Source: Leptolyngbyaceae cyanobacterium
GTDB taxonomy: Bacteria; Cyanobacteriota; Cyanobacteriia; Phormidesmidales; Phormidesmidaceae
Direction: 5' to 3'
Assembly (NCBI GenBank): GCA_050331235.1
Contig: JBHJHA010000012.1
Span: 1-64,000, forward strand
Length of the DNA stretch: 64,000 nucleotides
The translations under genes and the position numbers were made by a program. Each line of letters begins with the position of its first letter. Position 1 is the first letter of the stretch. This document shows positions 1 through 10,182 of the stretch, one piece after another. Below the pieces are notes generated by a model. The model made no database searches. It was not told the origin of the DNA and saw only the letters and a list, made by a program, of their open reading frames with translations.

Positions 1-3000
1 TCGATAGCGGCTGTTATCACAGCGCTCAAGTTAACTGGAGCGTAGCCCAGTTCTAGCTTCCCCCGGAGAATCTTCGCCACATCTAGCAAATCATCTACTA
101 GCTGGGTCTGCAGCTTGGCATTGCGCTCAATGATTTCTAATGCCTGCAAAGTCTTATCGCGGTCGTACTCCTTTGACTGCAGCAGTTGTGACCAGCCCAA
201 AATAGGGTTGAGCGGCGATCGCAACTCATGGGACAAAATGGCCAGAAACTCATCTTTTACCCGATTGGCCTGCTCTGCCGATTCTCGAGCGGCTTTTTCT
301 TGATCGAACAGTCGTTCTCTTTCGGCTTCGATGGTCTTGCGTGCGTGGATGTTGGTAGCCGTGCCAAACCAGTTGAGCACCTGATCATTGTCATCAAATA
401 GCGGCTCAACCCGGACTAGATGCCAGTAGTAGGTGTCATCGTAGCGCTTGATCCGAGCTTCAATTTCGTAGCTTGTTTTGGCTGCGATCGCCTCTGACCG
501 CACCGCATAAGTCCTTTCAATATCCTCCGGGTGAATCACCTCAGGCCAAGGTCCCACGCCTGTCTCTAAGGTTTCGACGCCGGTGTAATCAACCCACTGC
601 TGATTAAAGAACTCAATATTACCCGCCGCATCATTAATCCACATCAGTTGAGAAACTGCATTAGCCAGCGTGCGGTACCGGGCTTCGCTCAGTTGCAGGC
701 GCTTTTCGGCCTGTTTGCGATCGCTAATGTCGAGGTGAATGCCCGCCATCTTGGTTGGTTTGCCAGACTCATCGCGGTCAACCACCTGGCCATAGTTAGC
801 AATCCATTTCCAGGCGCCAGCCTTGGTCATCAGCCGATATTCAAATTCATAAGGCTTCGTTTCATCCTGCAAGTGGGCATAGAGCAGTTCCATCACCATC
901 GCCTTATCCTCAGGATGAATCAGCTTCTCCCAGGAGCTATATTTATGGGGCAATTCACCCTCTGCAAAGCCCAGCATGCCCAGCCATTCTGGGCTGAGAT
1001 AGTCTTCATTGGTCAAGATGTTCCAGTGCCACAGGCCGCCGCCTGATCCTTTCACCGCCATCTGTAGCCGCTCTTGACTTTCCCGTAGAACGAGCTCGAT
1101 TTGCTTCCGCTCAGTGATATCCAGCACTGTTCCGACAAACCGTTTAGGCCGCCCGTTCGGTTCAAAATAAACCTGCCCCTTGGCCAATACCCAGCGTTCG
1201 ATGCCATCTTCAATGCCGATGGTGCGATATTCCACCTCATATCGTCCTCCAAGAGCCGGATTCATACAGTCATCGATGCATTGCTGCAGTCGCTCATGGT
1301 CGTCGGGGTGCAGCCCTTGGAAAAACACATCTAGGGAAATCGGCACATCTGCAGATACCCCAAACATGGCTCGGCAATTGGCATCCCAGGTCAACTGATC
1401 TTTTGTCAGGTTCCAGTCCCAGGTGCCCAGTTGGGCTGACTCCATCGCCATGCGCAAGCGGTCTTCACTTCGCCGCAAGGCCCGCTCCGTTTTTTTCCGC
1501 GCTTTACGATCCAGCACAAAGACAACTGATTCTTCGCGGCGATCGCCCAATAACGTAAAACCAATCAACACCGGAGTTCGTTTACCATCCTTCCGGATAT
1601 ATTCCTTTTCATAGGGCGTGCAGGCCCCCCGAGACTGAGCCTCCGCAATACGTTTTTCATCCAGCGGCAAATATTCGGGCGGGGTCATCTCAATCCACTG
1701 CAGACGCCCGGCTTCTAAGTCTGCACGGGTATAACCCACAATGCGCAAAAATTCATCATTGGCGGTAAAGATCCCGCCGTGAATATCGCCGAAAATAATA
1801 CCCACAACATTCGACTCGACGAAACTTTGTAGCTTGGCCTCATTTGCGGCTAGCGCCGATTCGGCTTGCCGGCGCTCGGTGATATCTTGCGCAATCCCCA
1901 CCGTGCGCAGCGGATTGCCCGCTTCGTCTCGGACCGCAAACCCGCGATCGCGAATCCATCGAATTGAGCCATCGGGCCGAATGATGCGGTATTCCTGCTC
2001 GAGCATTTCTTGATCCAGCTGCTGCGCCGCCGTCTCGATGACTCTTTGGCGATCTTCGGGATGGATGGTTTCTGCCCAGAGCTGATAGTTTTGATACACT
2101 TCGTCGGGCGATCGTCCCCAAGTCTCGGTATAAGCTGGGCTGATGTAGAGAATCTTGGGAATGCGAAAATCAGCCACCCAAAAGACGTCTCGGATGGTTT
2201 CCGCTATGAGGCGAAATCGTTCCTCATGCTCTTTTGCCGTGAGTTCCGATTGTTTCTGCTGAGTGGCATCTCGACTAACGCCTAAAATCCGCCGAGGTGA
2301 GCCATCGGCCTGTCGCTCAAACACGATTTCGTGGGTCGACAGCCAGCGCCAGTTGCCATCGGCATGCCGGACTCGAAAGTCAAACTCGATCACTTCATCA
2401 TCGGCGATGCCTTGAAACTGAGCAAAGTGAGTGGGCACCCGAGCAAAATCATCTGGATGCATGATCGTCGCCAAAAGATCGCTGCCGATGGCCTTGAGTT
2501 GCTCCAGGCTATATCCCAGCAGCTCTCCCAGCAGCCGGTTAGCGTAAATGTTGCGCTGCTCCACCAAATCAAACACATACAGCAGCGTCGGCATACGCTC
2601 AACGAGGTGAGGCAACCACGTCGGCGCTGTGGTCACCGCCGATGGAGCCCCACTATTAGCGATCGGTATCGGCGGTTGATGCCTGGTCAAGCAGGTCTCA
2701 AGTGCCGCCATGAGTTGCTCTGCGGTGAGTTCACCCCGGTTTAGATAGTCATCAGCCCCCGCTTTTATTGCCCGTACCGCCCGGCGAACATCATTAGGTC
2801 CCAGCATCAATACAGCCGGTGCATGTGCCTCAGTCGTGGGGCGGAAGTTTTTGAGCGCCGCAAAAACAGCATCCTCCCCATCGGCATCGTCAATTAATAC
2901 AGCGGCAGGAGACTGCTGCCAGACTTGGGTAAGGACGACCTCTATCGTTTCGTGGGTTGCAGAATAATGGGTAACCGAAAGCCGCCCAGCATACCTAGAC

Positions 3001-3065
3001 AGATAATCATCTAGCCTTTGCTGATCATCGGTAAGGGAAACTAAAACGACCTGCAATTGGGACAT
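1..3065 (-). CDS. Multi-PAS sensor histidine kinase (REC-like N-terminus, six PAS/PAC domains, HisKA); runs off the window start
   Basis: Not in the ORF track (no stop in window). Manual translation from ATG 3065 gives MSQLQVVLVS..., repeated HPDD/HPED and DITERKQ PAS/PAC motifs, and the H-box KDEFLAILSHELRSPLNPILGW; the frame is consistent at spot checks down to base 3. Confidence 0.9.
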   Translation of the reverse strand, partial: MSQLQVVLVSLTDDQQRLDDYLSRYAGRLSVTHYSATHETIEVVLTQVWQQSPAAVLIDDADGEDAVFAALKNFRPTTEAHAPAVLMLGPNDVRRAVRAIKAGADDYLNRGELTAEQLMAALETCLTRHQPPIPIANSGAPSAVTTAPTWLPHLVERMPTLLYVFDLVEQRNIYANRLLGELLGYSLEQLKAIGSDLLATIMHPDDFARVPTHFAQFQGIADDEVIEFDFRVRHADGNWRWLSTHEIVFERQADGSPRRILGVSRDATQQKQSELTAKEHEERFRLIAETIRDVFWVADFRIPKILYISPAYTETWGRSPDEVYQNYQLWAETIHPEDRQRVIETAAQQLDQEMLEQEYRIIRPDGSIRWIRDRGFAVRDEAGNPLRTVGIAQDITERRQAESALAANEAKLQSFVESNVVGIIFGDIHGGIFTANDEFLRIVGYTRADLEAGRLQWIEMTPPEYLPLDEKRIAEAQSRGACTPYEKEYIRKDGKRTPVLIGFTLLGDRREESVVFVLDRKARKKTERALRRSEDRLRMAMESAQLGTWDWNLTKDQLTWDANCRAMFGVSADVPISLDVFFQGLHPDDHERLQQCIDDCMNPALGGRYEVEYRTIGIEDGIERWVLAKGQVYFEPNGRPKRFVGTVLDITERKQIELVLRESQERLQMAVKGSGGGLWHWNILTNEDYLSPEWLGMLGFAEGELPHKYSSWEKLIHPEDKAMVMELLYAHLQDETKPYEFEYRLMTKAGAWKWIANYGQVVDRDESGKPTKMAGIHLDISDRKQAEKRLQLSEARYRTLANAVSQLMWINDAAGNIEFFNQQWVDYTGVETLETGVGPWPEVIHPEDIERTYAVRSEAIAAKTSYEIEARIKRYDDTYYWHLVRVEPLFDDNDQVLNWFGTATNIHARKTIEAERERLFDQEKAARESAEQANRVKDEFLAILSHELRSPLNPILGWSQLLQSKEYDRDKTLQALEIIERNAKLQTQLVDDLLDVAKILRGKLELGYAPVNLSAVITAAI

Positions 3066-3219
3066 GGGCCGGCAACCGTATCAACTAAAAAGTGAATGTT
3101 TGAGAGGTGTGAGCGCTTGTAATTGAAGCTAAATCAAGCAGACTTCGTCCTTCAGTTGATGGGGCGGCTTTATCCGAGGCCTTGATCGCTCTTTTAAAGG
3201 GAATTAAACCCAACGCTAA

Positions 3220-3993
3220 CTAAATTGTAATGGCTTGTCGGATCCGGCTCGCCAACTCTTTAGGAACTTCTAAGGGGATCAGGTGACCCACACCCTTGAT
3301 GGCAGATAGCTTCGAGCTAGGTACCAGATCAATGACTTCTTGCTGAATCGTTTCCCAGGGAATGACGGGATCTTCTGGAGATGCAATTACCGTTACAGGC
3401 ACTTTAATGTCACTGAGTTGCTCCGCGATGGAGTGGTTCATCCCTTCACACAGCCACCAGCGCCAGGCCCGATCTTCGGCCTGAACGTGGGTGCGCACAG
3501 CCAACTTTTGACGCAGTTCTGGCAGAGGCTGTTTTGTCGCGCTATCAACGGTAGTCGCGGCAACCTCAAATTGATGGTGGTCTGTCAATAAGCGATCGCG
3601 CTCTTCTGGCGGCATGGGCTCTTGGGTCGGAGGCGAAGGAGCGACCAAAATGACCTGTTCTAAACGAGGAGTTGCCGATGACCAATCAGCGGCAGCCTTA
3701 AGGGCGATTTTTCCGCCCATCGAATGGCCTACCAGCACACAGGCATCAATGCCGATTTGAGCGATCGCCTGGCGGACAAATTCACTGTACTTTTCTAGGG
3801 TCGGGGACGCTAACGGTGGTGCTGCTCCAAAGCCCGGCAGATCTAACGCGACACAGCGAAAGTCCGCCTTTAAGTCCTCAGTTACCCATTGCCAACTCGC
3901 AGCCGCTCCACTGAAGTAATGCAAAAATACCAGGGTAGGCGTGCCACTCCCTTGACTAATTAGAGATAGGTCATTGTCAGGAAAATTCAGCAT
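3220..3993 (-). CDS. Alpha/beta fold hydrolase
   Basis: LVFLHYFSG, DLPGFG, GHSMGG nucleophile elbow, GHLIPLE catalytic His. Confidence 0.9.
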   Translation of the reverse strand: MLNFPDNDLSLISQGSGTPTLVFLHYFSGAAASWQWVTEDLKADFRCVALDLPGFGAAPPLASPTLEKYSEFVRQAIAQIGIDACVLVGHSMGGKIALKAAADWSSATPRLEQVILVAPSPPTQEPMPPEERDRLLTDHHQFEVAATTVDSATKQPLPELRQKLAVRTHVQAEDRAWRWWLCEGMNHSIAEQLSDIKVPVTVIASPEDPVIPWETIQQEVIDLVPSSKLSAIKGVGHLIPLEVPKELASRIRQAITI

Positions 3994-4228
3994 GTAGTTG
4001 CGCTTGGTTGCCTCACTTCTCTCCTGTTCTCACCATAGAGATACCAGTACAGTACTCGCCTCTGCCTTTCTGGAGAAAGCGGTCCGTTGCTTCGGAATTC
4101 TTATTAACTTAGTCTGAGCGATCGCGAGCCCAATACAGGCGTTGAAAGCGGGCCAGCGACGTTTCAGCCATAACAACGGCTAATCAAAAGGCGAGAATGA
4201 GATAAAACCGCAAGGCCCCTTTAAAGGG

Positions 4229-4308
4229 AATAACCCCCAGCACCAAGGGCACAGGGGGGAATTAGATATAGGAAGTTAGATTTAGGTTGTGCTTAGGTGT
4301 CTTTCGAC
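4229..4308 (-). ncRNA. Candidate ~80-nt small RNA
   Basis: CATTAT -10-like hexamer (4320-4315), 5' GTC-GAAA-GAC hairpin, C/A-rich core, GC-rich 3' hairpin followed by TTATT; no ORF. Confidence 0.35.
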
Positions 4309-4487
4309 AAATTCATAATGCCCCAAAGCCCCCGGAAATCTCAGTCAGATTGAGTTAACTTCTTCTAAAAAAGAAATTGTGAGGGGGCAATTTAAACTTT
4401 GGAGCAAGTGTGACTGACTTAGCCGACGGTAATCTCGCGTTGTGCCGGCTCAACATCTGCTGGTCTTAAGTCTCTATCGCTCGCTGA

Positions 4488-4715
4488 CTACGCTGGCGTT
4501 TCCTGTAGCTCTGGCTTTTCTTCCGGCAAAATGGCCCCTTCTACCGGGCAGACTTGAATGCAGATGCCGCAGTCGATACAGGTGGAAAAGTCAATCCAAT
4601 ACCAGTCAGTCCCTTTTTTATTTTTACCGGGGCCATCGTGAATACATGCCACCGGGCATGCATCCACGCAGTCAGCTACCCCTTCACAAACATTTGTCAC
4701 GATCGTGTGGGCCAT
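4488..4715 (-). CDS. Small dicluster (Fe-S) bacterial-type ferredoxin
   Basis: CEGVADCVDACP and CIDCGICIQVCP motifs; start placed at MAHTIV. Confidence 0.9.
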   Translation of the reverse strand: MAHTIVTNVCEGVADCVDACPVACIHDGPGKNKKGTDWYWIDFSTCIDCGICIQVCPVEGAILPEEKPELQETPA

Positions 4716-4778
4716 GGTGTCCTCTCTTTTGCTGCGCCTCAATACATTACTTTCTCCGATGGGAAAATAATGCTTTCT

Positions 4779-5996
4779 TTAGTCTACCGCTTCGATCTCA
4801 GGAGCCTGGGTTTCAGTAATCCAGGCAATGCGGCTGATATGGCGATCGCGGGCCCGCTGGCGAATTGTCTCAGGCTCATCTTCGGGCTCAAGGTAGAGCT
4901 CAACTCTGACCACAGCGTCCGCCTCACGGATCGTTTGAGCGTATTGGAAAGCGGCGATCGCCGCCTGAGGCGTCTTGGGCACAATCAGCCAATCGCTGGC
5001 TGGGGTTGCTGCGGGCAAACATCCAGTCCCGAGTAGCGCCTGATGCAGATTTTCCACATTGAGCATAAATCCGATTCCCGGATAGCTGCGGCCCTTAGGG
5101 TCAAACACCCCGAGTAAATGGTCGTAGCGTCCCCCTTTGCCCATCACTTGCCGCCCCTGGGGCGTCTGGGCGACGGCCTCAAACACCACCCCAGTGTAGT
5201 AATCATAGGACTGAATTAAACTCAAATCGAGAATGAAGGGCGGTACGTGGTCCGCATCTTGCAAGAGTTCCACCAGCGACTTGAGCTCGTTCACGATGGC
5301 CCGTTGTTCGCTGGTCAGTCCCATCTGGCTGACCGCCTGCAAAACGTCTTGGGGGCGACCCCGCAAATCCATCAGTTGCAAAGCTCGCGCCTGCAGTTCT
5401 GCGGGCAGATCTAGCGTTTCCAGCGTAATGCGATCCAACTGGGCGATGGCGTCCCGCACGGTCCCCCGCAATGAATCCGGGAAAAAATCCAGCAGCGATC
5501 GCGTTAGCCCGGCATTACCCACAATCAATTGCCAATCGGTGAGCTGCAGCGTTTTGAGGCAGCTCAGGAACAAACGCAGGATTTCCGCATCGGCCAGGGT
5601 GCCGCGGGTGCCTAGTAACTCGACCCCAGCTTGGTAGTACTCCCGCTGACCGGCATGGCTACCTTTTGGGGCGCGGCTAAAGACATTGGCCGTGTAATAC
5701 AGTCGCTGGGGATAAGTTACCTGTGCCATACGAGTGACGGCCGCCCGGGCAATTGAGGCAGTCAGCTCGGGTCGCAGGCCCAAGCGTTCAGCCCCGTCAC
5801 CCTGGAGCTGAATCACCGACGACTGGGCGATCGCGCCCCCCGCCATCAAAGTATCGAGGCTCTCTACGGTGGAAGTAATGATGCGATGATATCCCCAGCG
5901 CTGAAAAAGCTGCTCTAATCGCCCTTCAATCCAATATTTTTGGGCTACATCCAAGGGCAATAGATCACGGGTTCCTATCGGCGGCTGATAGCTCAT
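4779..5996 (-). CDS. hisZ: ATP phosphoribosyltransferase regulatory subunit
   Basis: GTRDLLP, LRPELTASIAR, QAGVELLG, YYTG, GGRYD, GIGF; HisRS-like paralog. Confidence 0.93.
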   Translation of the reverse strand: MSYQPPIGTRDLLPLDVAQKYWIEGRLEQLFQRWGYHRIITSTVESLDTLMAGGAIAQSSVIQLQGDGAERLGLRPELTASIARAAVTRMAQVTYPQRLYYTANVFSRAPKGSHAGQREYYQAGVELLGTRGTLADAEILRLFLSCLKTLQLTDWQLIVGNAGLTRSLLDFFPDSLRGTVRDAIAQLDRITLETLDLPAELQARALQLMDLRGRPQDVLQAVSQMGLTSEQRAIVNELKSLVELLQDADHVPPFILDLSLIQSYDYYTGVVFEAVAQTPQGRQVMGKGGRYDHLLGVFDPKGRSYPGIGFMLNVENLHQALLGTGCLPAATPASDWLIVPKTPQAAIAAFQYAQTIREADAVVRVELYLEPEDEPETIRQRARDRHISRIAWITETQAPEIEAVD

Positions 5997-6952
5997 TTAT
6001 TTTGCTTTCCTCCAAACAATCCAAATAAGCCACCTTTAGACTTAGCCGGAGCTTTCTTCGCGCTATTCTGGTCGGCTTGCTTCGCCGTCGATTTATTCAG
6101 CTTGGCTTCGAGCTCGGTCACTAGGTCGCCGCTGTAATTGAGCTCGATCGCTCGCTTTAAATGGATTTTAGCCATTTTGGTCTGTCCGGCTTCAAAATAA
6201 TACGCGGCAAGCTGGCCATGGCAGCGACCGTTTTGAGGCTGTGACTTGACGGCTTCTCGCACCTCCAAAATGGCTTGGGAATAGTTCTTCCGCAGGGCAA
6301 ACTCAGCTGCTCGATTGAGATAGCTATCCATAATAGATTCTCGCCGCCTTCGCGGGGCTGGTGGCGGCGTCGCCGCTGCCTTAGGCTGACTTGACTCCGC
6401 TGTGGCCGTCTCTCCAGCCGTTGCGCTCGATTCACCGCTAGCGGGAGCGGCCGTTGCGCTCGCAGCCGTCGCGCCACCGTTCGGGCTAGCCGTCGTCATC
6501 AGATAGGCCAAGTTCAGCTCGCTAATTTGCCCGGTGACCTCTAGGACCGACTCCAAAGATTCATATTGCGCATCGGCCAGTTCCTTTAATTGATTTGTAT
6601 ACATCGGGGCAGCATTACTGCTACCGACGATTGCTTTTGCCGCTGCCGATTCGAAAGCGACTGTTTGCTGGCGATTCAGCTGCTCTCCCCGCATCCGCAG
6701 CACAATCTTATGCTCCACCATGGCCTTTTCCTGGGTCAATGTTTCGTAGGCCGGGTTCACTAATTTAGACAGCAGCTCATTGGCTCGCTGGCGATCGGCT
6801 TCCGTCCCTGATCGCAGACTATCGGGATGCAGTTTGCGGGCAATTTTGAGATAGCGCTTCCGAATCGTTTTGGCGTCAGCGTCTAGAGAAACCCCTAAAA
6901 TAGCGTGATAATCCGTGAGATCAAATTGGAATAATCCCTTTTCAATATTCAT
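5993..6952 (-). CDS. DnaJ-domain protein with C-terminal TPR-like region
   Basis: DYHAILGV...LHPD J-domain; helical TPR-like C-terminus; 4-bp overlap with hisZ. Confidence 0.85.
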   Translation of the reverse strand: MNIEKGLFQFDLTDYHAILGVSLDADAKTIRKRYLKIARKLHPDSLRSGTEADRQRANELLSKLVNPAYETLTQEKAMVEHKIVLRMRGEQLNRQQTVAFESAAAKAIVGSSNAAPMYTNQLKELADAQYESLESVLEVTGQISELNLAYLMTTASPNGGATAASATAAPASGESSATAGETATAESSQPKAAATPPPAPRRRRESIMDSYLNRAAEFALRKNYSQAILEVREAVKSQPQNGRCHGQLAAYYFEAGQTKMAKIHLKRAIELNYSGDLVTELEAKLNKSTAKQADQNSAKKAPAKSKGGLFGLFGGKQNK

Positions 6953-7099
6953 AGCTGTCGGCTTTCTCCCCCGCCTAAATTGGCATGCTCCTAACGGCTG
7001 TCTGTGGAATCGCGCTACGCGAATGAATATAGAGCAATTTCAGTCAATCAACTGGTGAAATGACTACTGCAACGATGACTATACTCAACAGGCGATGCA

Positions 7100-7945
7100 T
7101 TATTCGCTGATTTCAATCGGTTGAAAATTTTCTAGCGGTTTCACTTGTTTTAACACTTGACTCAGAATAGTGTGAATTCGACCGTTGGTTGCCAAAATTC
7201 GCCCTGACTGAATGTCAAAGGCAGTTTCATCATAGGCGGAAATCTGCCCCCCAGCCTCTTCCACCAAGACGACCCCAGCGGCCAAGTCCCAGGGTGATAG
7301 CCCACGCTCCCAATAGCCGTCTAGCCGACCGCAGGCGACATAGGCCAAGTCGATAGAGGCGGCTCCGCCCCGGCGTACCCCTTGGGTCAAGTGCGTCAGT
7401 TGGCAAAACTCAGCATAGTTATTGTCGATCCGCTCGTGGCGATCGTAGGCAAATCCGGTAACCAATAGACTATCGGCTAGACGCTCCGTGTTGGAAACCT
7501 CGATGGGTCGCCGATTGAGGGTTGCCCCTTGGCCGCTCGCAGCTCGAAAGAGATCCTCGCGAAAGGGATCAAAGATCGCTCCAACGGCTGGATATCCGTC
7601 GATTAGCAGCCCGATGGATACTGCGGAAAAAGGATATTGGTGGGTGTAGTTGGTCGTGCCATCCAGCGGATCAATGGCCCAGAGAAAAGGGCTGTTTGCT
7701 TGGGTTCTGACTGCGCCCGATTCCTCCGCCAAAATTGGGTGATCCGGTAGGTGACGATCTAAAACTTCTAACACAACGGCTTCGGCAGCTTTATCGGCCT
7801 CGGTGACGAGGTCCCCCGGTCGCCCCTTTTGTTCGATATGTTGTAATTCACCCCAGTAGGATTGCAGGACTGCTCCTGCTGAGAGGGCCGCCTCGGTGGC
7901 AATGTCTAAAAAGCGCTGTAACTCGTGGTCGCTGACTTCAGTCAT
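7100..7945 (-). CDS. suhB: Inositol monophosphatase family protein
   Basis: DLVTEAD, WAIDPLDGTTNY, WDLAAG. Confidence 0.9.
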   Translation of the reverse strand: MTEVSDHELQRFLDIATEAALSAGAVLQSYWGELQHIEQKGRPGDLVTEADKAAEAVVLEVLDRHLPDHPILAEESGAVRTQANSPFLWAIDPLDGTTNYTHQYPFSAVSIGLLIDGYPAVGAIFDPFREDLFRAASGQGATLNRRPIEVSNTERLADSLLVTGFAYDRHERIDNNYAEFCQLTHLTQGVRRGGAASIDLAYVACGRLDGYWERGLSPWDLAAGVVLVEEAGGQISAYDETAFDIQSGRILATNGRIHTILSQVLKQVKPLENFQPIEISE

Positions 7946-7973
7946 TTCTCTCCCCGTACTGACTATCCATAGT

Positions 7974-8525
7974 TTAAGGGGAACGCGATCGCCGACGAAA
8001 CGCCGCAGCCGTTTCTCTTAGGGGATTGTTGGGGTCCCAAATGCCTAGTCCCAGCAGCCGGGCCTGCTCTTGAGCATATAACAGCTGCTGATAATGTTGA
8101 CCGGTCTGCTGACCAGGCTCTGCCAAATAGGTACATCCCTGTGCCAGCGATGTTGCATTGATTAGCGAGTCCTGGAGCCAACCATAGGCCCACAGGCGAT
8201 TATAGGCATCAGGAGTATTCTCAACGGGCTCTAGTCGAATGATTTCATCCTGCAAATTCGCCAAGCAATTGCGGGCTTGCTCGCCCCAAGGCGACTGTTC
8301 CCGGTCAGGCGCTTCGATGGCCGCTAGCCGAATGGTCGTTATCGGCAGTTCGGGGGCAAGTGCATACAGCAGCTCCAGCGTATTGCCACTTTTGGCGTAA
8401 TCAACTGTCGCGGTTAAGTCTTGCTCTTGGGAATAGCTGGTCAAGCAAAACAAGCTCAGCAAGACAACGAGCGTGCCTCCCCGGACCCAATAGCGACAAT
8501 AGCGCATAAATTTAGGCAAATTCAT
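7974..8525 (-). CDS. Thermonuclease (SNase-like) family protein, N-terminal membrane anchor
   Basis: IRLAAIEAPD, DAYNRLWAY, AQEQARLLGLGIW. Confidence 0.8.
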   Translation of the reverse strand: MNLPKFMRYCRYWVRGGTLVVLLSLFCLTSYSQEQDLTATVDYAKSGNTLELLYALAPELPITTIRLAAIEAPDREQSPWGEQARNCLANLQDEIIRLEPVENTPDAYNRLWAYGWLQDSLINATSLAQGCTYLAEPGQQTGQHYQQLLYAQEQARLLGLGIWDPNNPLRETAAAFRRRSRSP

Positions 8526-8624
8526 AACAGTTGCCCCGCCGTAGTGCCTAGTAGCGAGCGGCTGAGCCCAGCTTCACTAAGCCCAGTCGCCTCAGCTTTA
8601 TGCAGTATGCCCGGACATCCGTTA

Positions 8625-8993
8625 CTAATCGTCTTCGAGGGGCAAACCAAATCGGACTTTGCCTTTGCCAAAGTATCGGCCAAACTGTAGTTCGTAAACC
8701 TCGTCTTCGTCCTGAGTTTCTACCTCTAGATCTGTGCGTGGATAACTTACACAGAGCAGAGCATAGCCCCGCTCACGTAAGTCAGGAGAAAGCCCCATCG
8801 CTTCTGGCTGTTCTAGTCGACCCGATAAAACTCTGACCGCACAGGTAGTGCAAGCTCCATTACGGCAGGCAAATGGTAAGTCTGCCCCCTGGTTTTCTGC
8901 GGTTTGTAAGATGTAGCGATCTTCCGGGACCTCAACCGTGTAGTGAGCGTCGCATTCGCGATGATGAATGTTGATTCGATGGAAACGAGTCAT
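8625..8993 (-). CDS. Plant-type 2Fe-2S ferredoxin with C-terminal extension (Fed2/FdC2-like)
   Basis: CRNGACTTC...LLCV and tail QDEDEVYELQFGRYF; start placed at MTRFH. Confidence 0.9.
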   Translation of the reverse strand: MTRFHRINIHHRECDAHYTVEVPEDRYILQTAENQGADLPFACRNGACTTCAVRVLSGRLEQPEAMGLSPDLRERGYALLCVSYPRTDLEVETQDEDEVYELQFGRYFGKGKVRFGLPLEDD

Positions 8994-9235
8994 GCTGAGG
9001 TTCAATATTTCAAATAAGACGATGGTAAGGAGTGAATTCAACTCCTGCTACATCTATGCTCTCATAGGAATTTGGAGTTTGCATATGAGCATTCTCAACT
9101 TCCCGAACTGGCTTGGTACTTGAGAATTCAGACAGAAGACGCATGGAGTTTTTGGGCGATCGCTCATTCAGTGCTGCATTTTCTGGTAACATGAAAGCCT
9201 GTGATTGAGTCCAATATGCTCAACCACAATAATTT

Positions 9236-9322
9236 GGAGAGATGGCCGAGTGGTTGAAGGCGCAGCACTGGAAATGCTGTTTAGGGGCAACCTTAACGAG
9301 GGTTCGAATCCCTCTCTCTCCG
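9236..9322 (+). tRNA. trnS: tRNA-Ser(GGA)
   Basis: GGAGAGA/TCTCTCC acceptor stem, loop CT-GGA-AA, long variable arm, GGTTCGAATCC T-arm. Confidence 0.97.
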
Positions 9323-9610
9323 TTCAGCATAATTCCTTTTGAATCGGTCTATCTCACAGTGCTGACAGCTTTGGCCAGCAGGTGTCTGTTTCGCCATTGG
9401 ATTGGGGCATGACCGGACCGTTTTCCCCGACTGCCTAGCCCAAGCTAAGCTCTCGCCGAAAGCGTTGCCACGTTTGACACTGGGAAACTTGAAACTGTAT
9501 TGGGTTAGTTTTGACAGCTTTGCTTTCCCTTGGTGAGAAGGGCCAATCAGCCTATTAAACTGATGCGCTATCAATGAGCAGGTTACGATTAGCCATTGCC
9601 TTAACCAACC

Positions 9611-9650
9611 AATAAAAACAGTTCACTAGCTGAGATAGCTAGTGAACTGC
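9611..9650 (-). terminator. Intrinsic terminator after rplL
   Basis: CAGTTCACTAGCT/AGCTAGTGAACTG stem followed by TTTTTATT on the minus strand. Confidence 0.85.
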
Positions 9651-9714
9651 GATTTTCTAGGTTTAAACCAAGGCTACGCTGCAAATATTAGCAACTTGCA
9701 GGGCAAGCAAAGTA

Positions 9715-10125
9715 TTACTTAAGCGCAACTTTGGCACCTGCATCTTCGAGCTGCTTTTTAGCATCTTCGGCGTCATCTTTAGCAACGCCTTCTTTGATGG
9801 CTTTGGGCGCAGACTCAACAATTTCCTTAGCTTCTTTGAGGCCAAGACCAGTCAAGCCGCGGACAACCTTGAGGATAGCAATCTTCTTGTCAGAAGGTAC
9901 TTCTTCAAGGACCACGTCAAATTCGGTCTTCTCTTCTTCGGGCTCAGCCTCAGCCCCACCGCCAGCAGCACCGGGCATCATACCGGGCATCATCATCATG
10001 CCACCACCGCCAGAAGCAGAAGCGTCAACTCCGAAAGCCTCTTCAATCTGCTTGACAAGCTCAGAAGCTTCTAGCAAGGAAAGGGACTTGAGTTCTTCGA
10101 GGATTTGATCAGTTTTTGCAGACAT
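9715..10125 (-). CDS. rplL: 50S ribosomal protein L7/L12
   Basis: [35 protein letters not shown]; start MSAKT. Confidence 0.98.
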   Translation of the reverse strand: MSAKTDQILEELKSLSLLEASELVKQIEEAFGVDASASGGGGMMMMPGMMPGAAGGGAEAEPEEEKTEFDVVLEEVPSDKKIAILKVVRGLTGLGLKEAKEIVESAPKAIKEGVAKDDAEDAKKQLEDAGAKVALK

Positions 10126-10182
10126 GGAAATTCTCCTAAATACACATGACGGAACAGTTAAACAAAGCAAATACAGGCCACT

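Noticed and set aside
4046..4056. LexA box AGTACAGTACT
   Set aside because: The half-sites lack the required spacer.
9323..9600. Island integrated at tRNA-Ser
   Set aside because: No integrase and no duplicated tRNA 3' end noticed; rplL follows directly.
9950..10020. Unusual [14 protein letters not shown] insert in L7/L12
   Set aside because: Met/Gly/Ala-rich hinges are ordinary in cyanobacterial L12.
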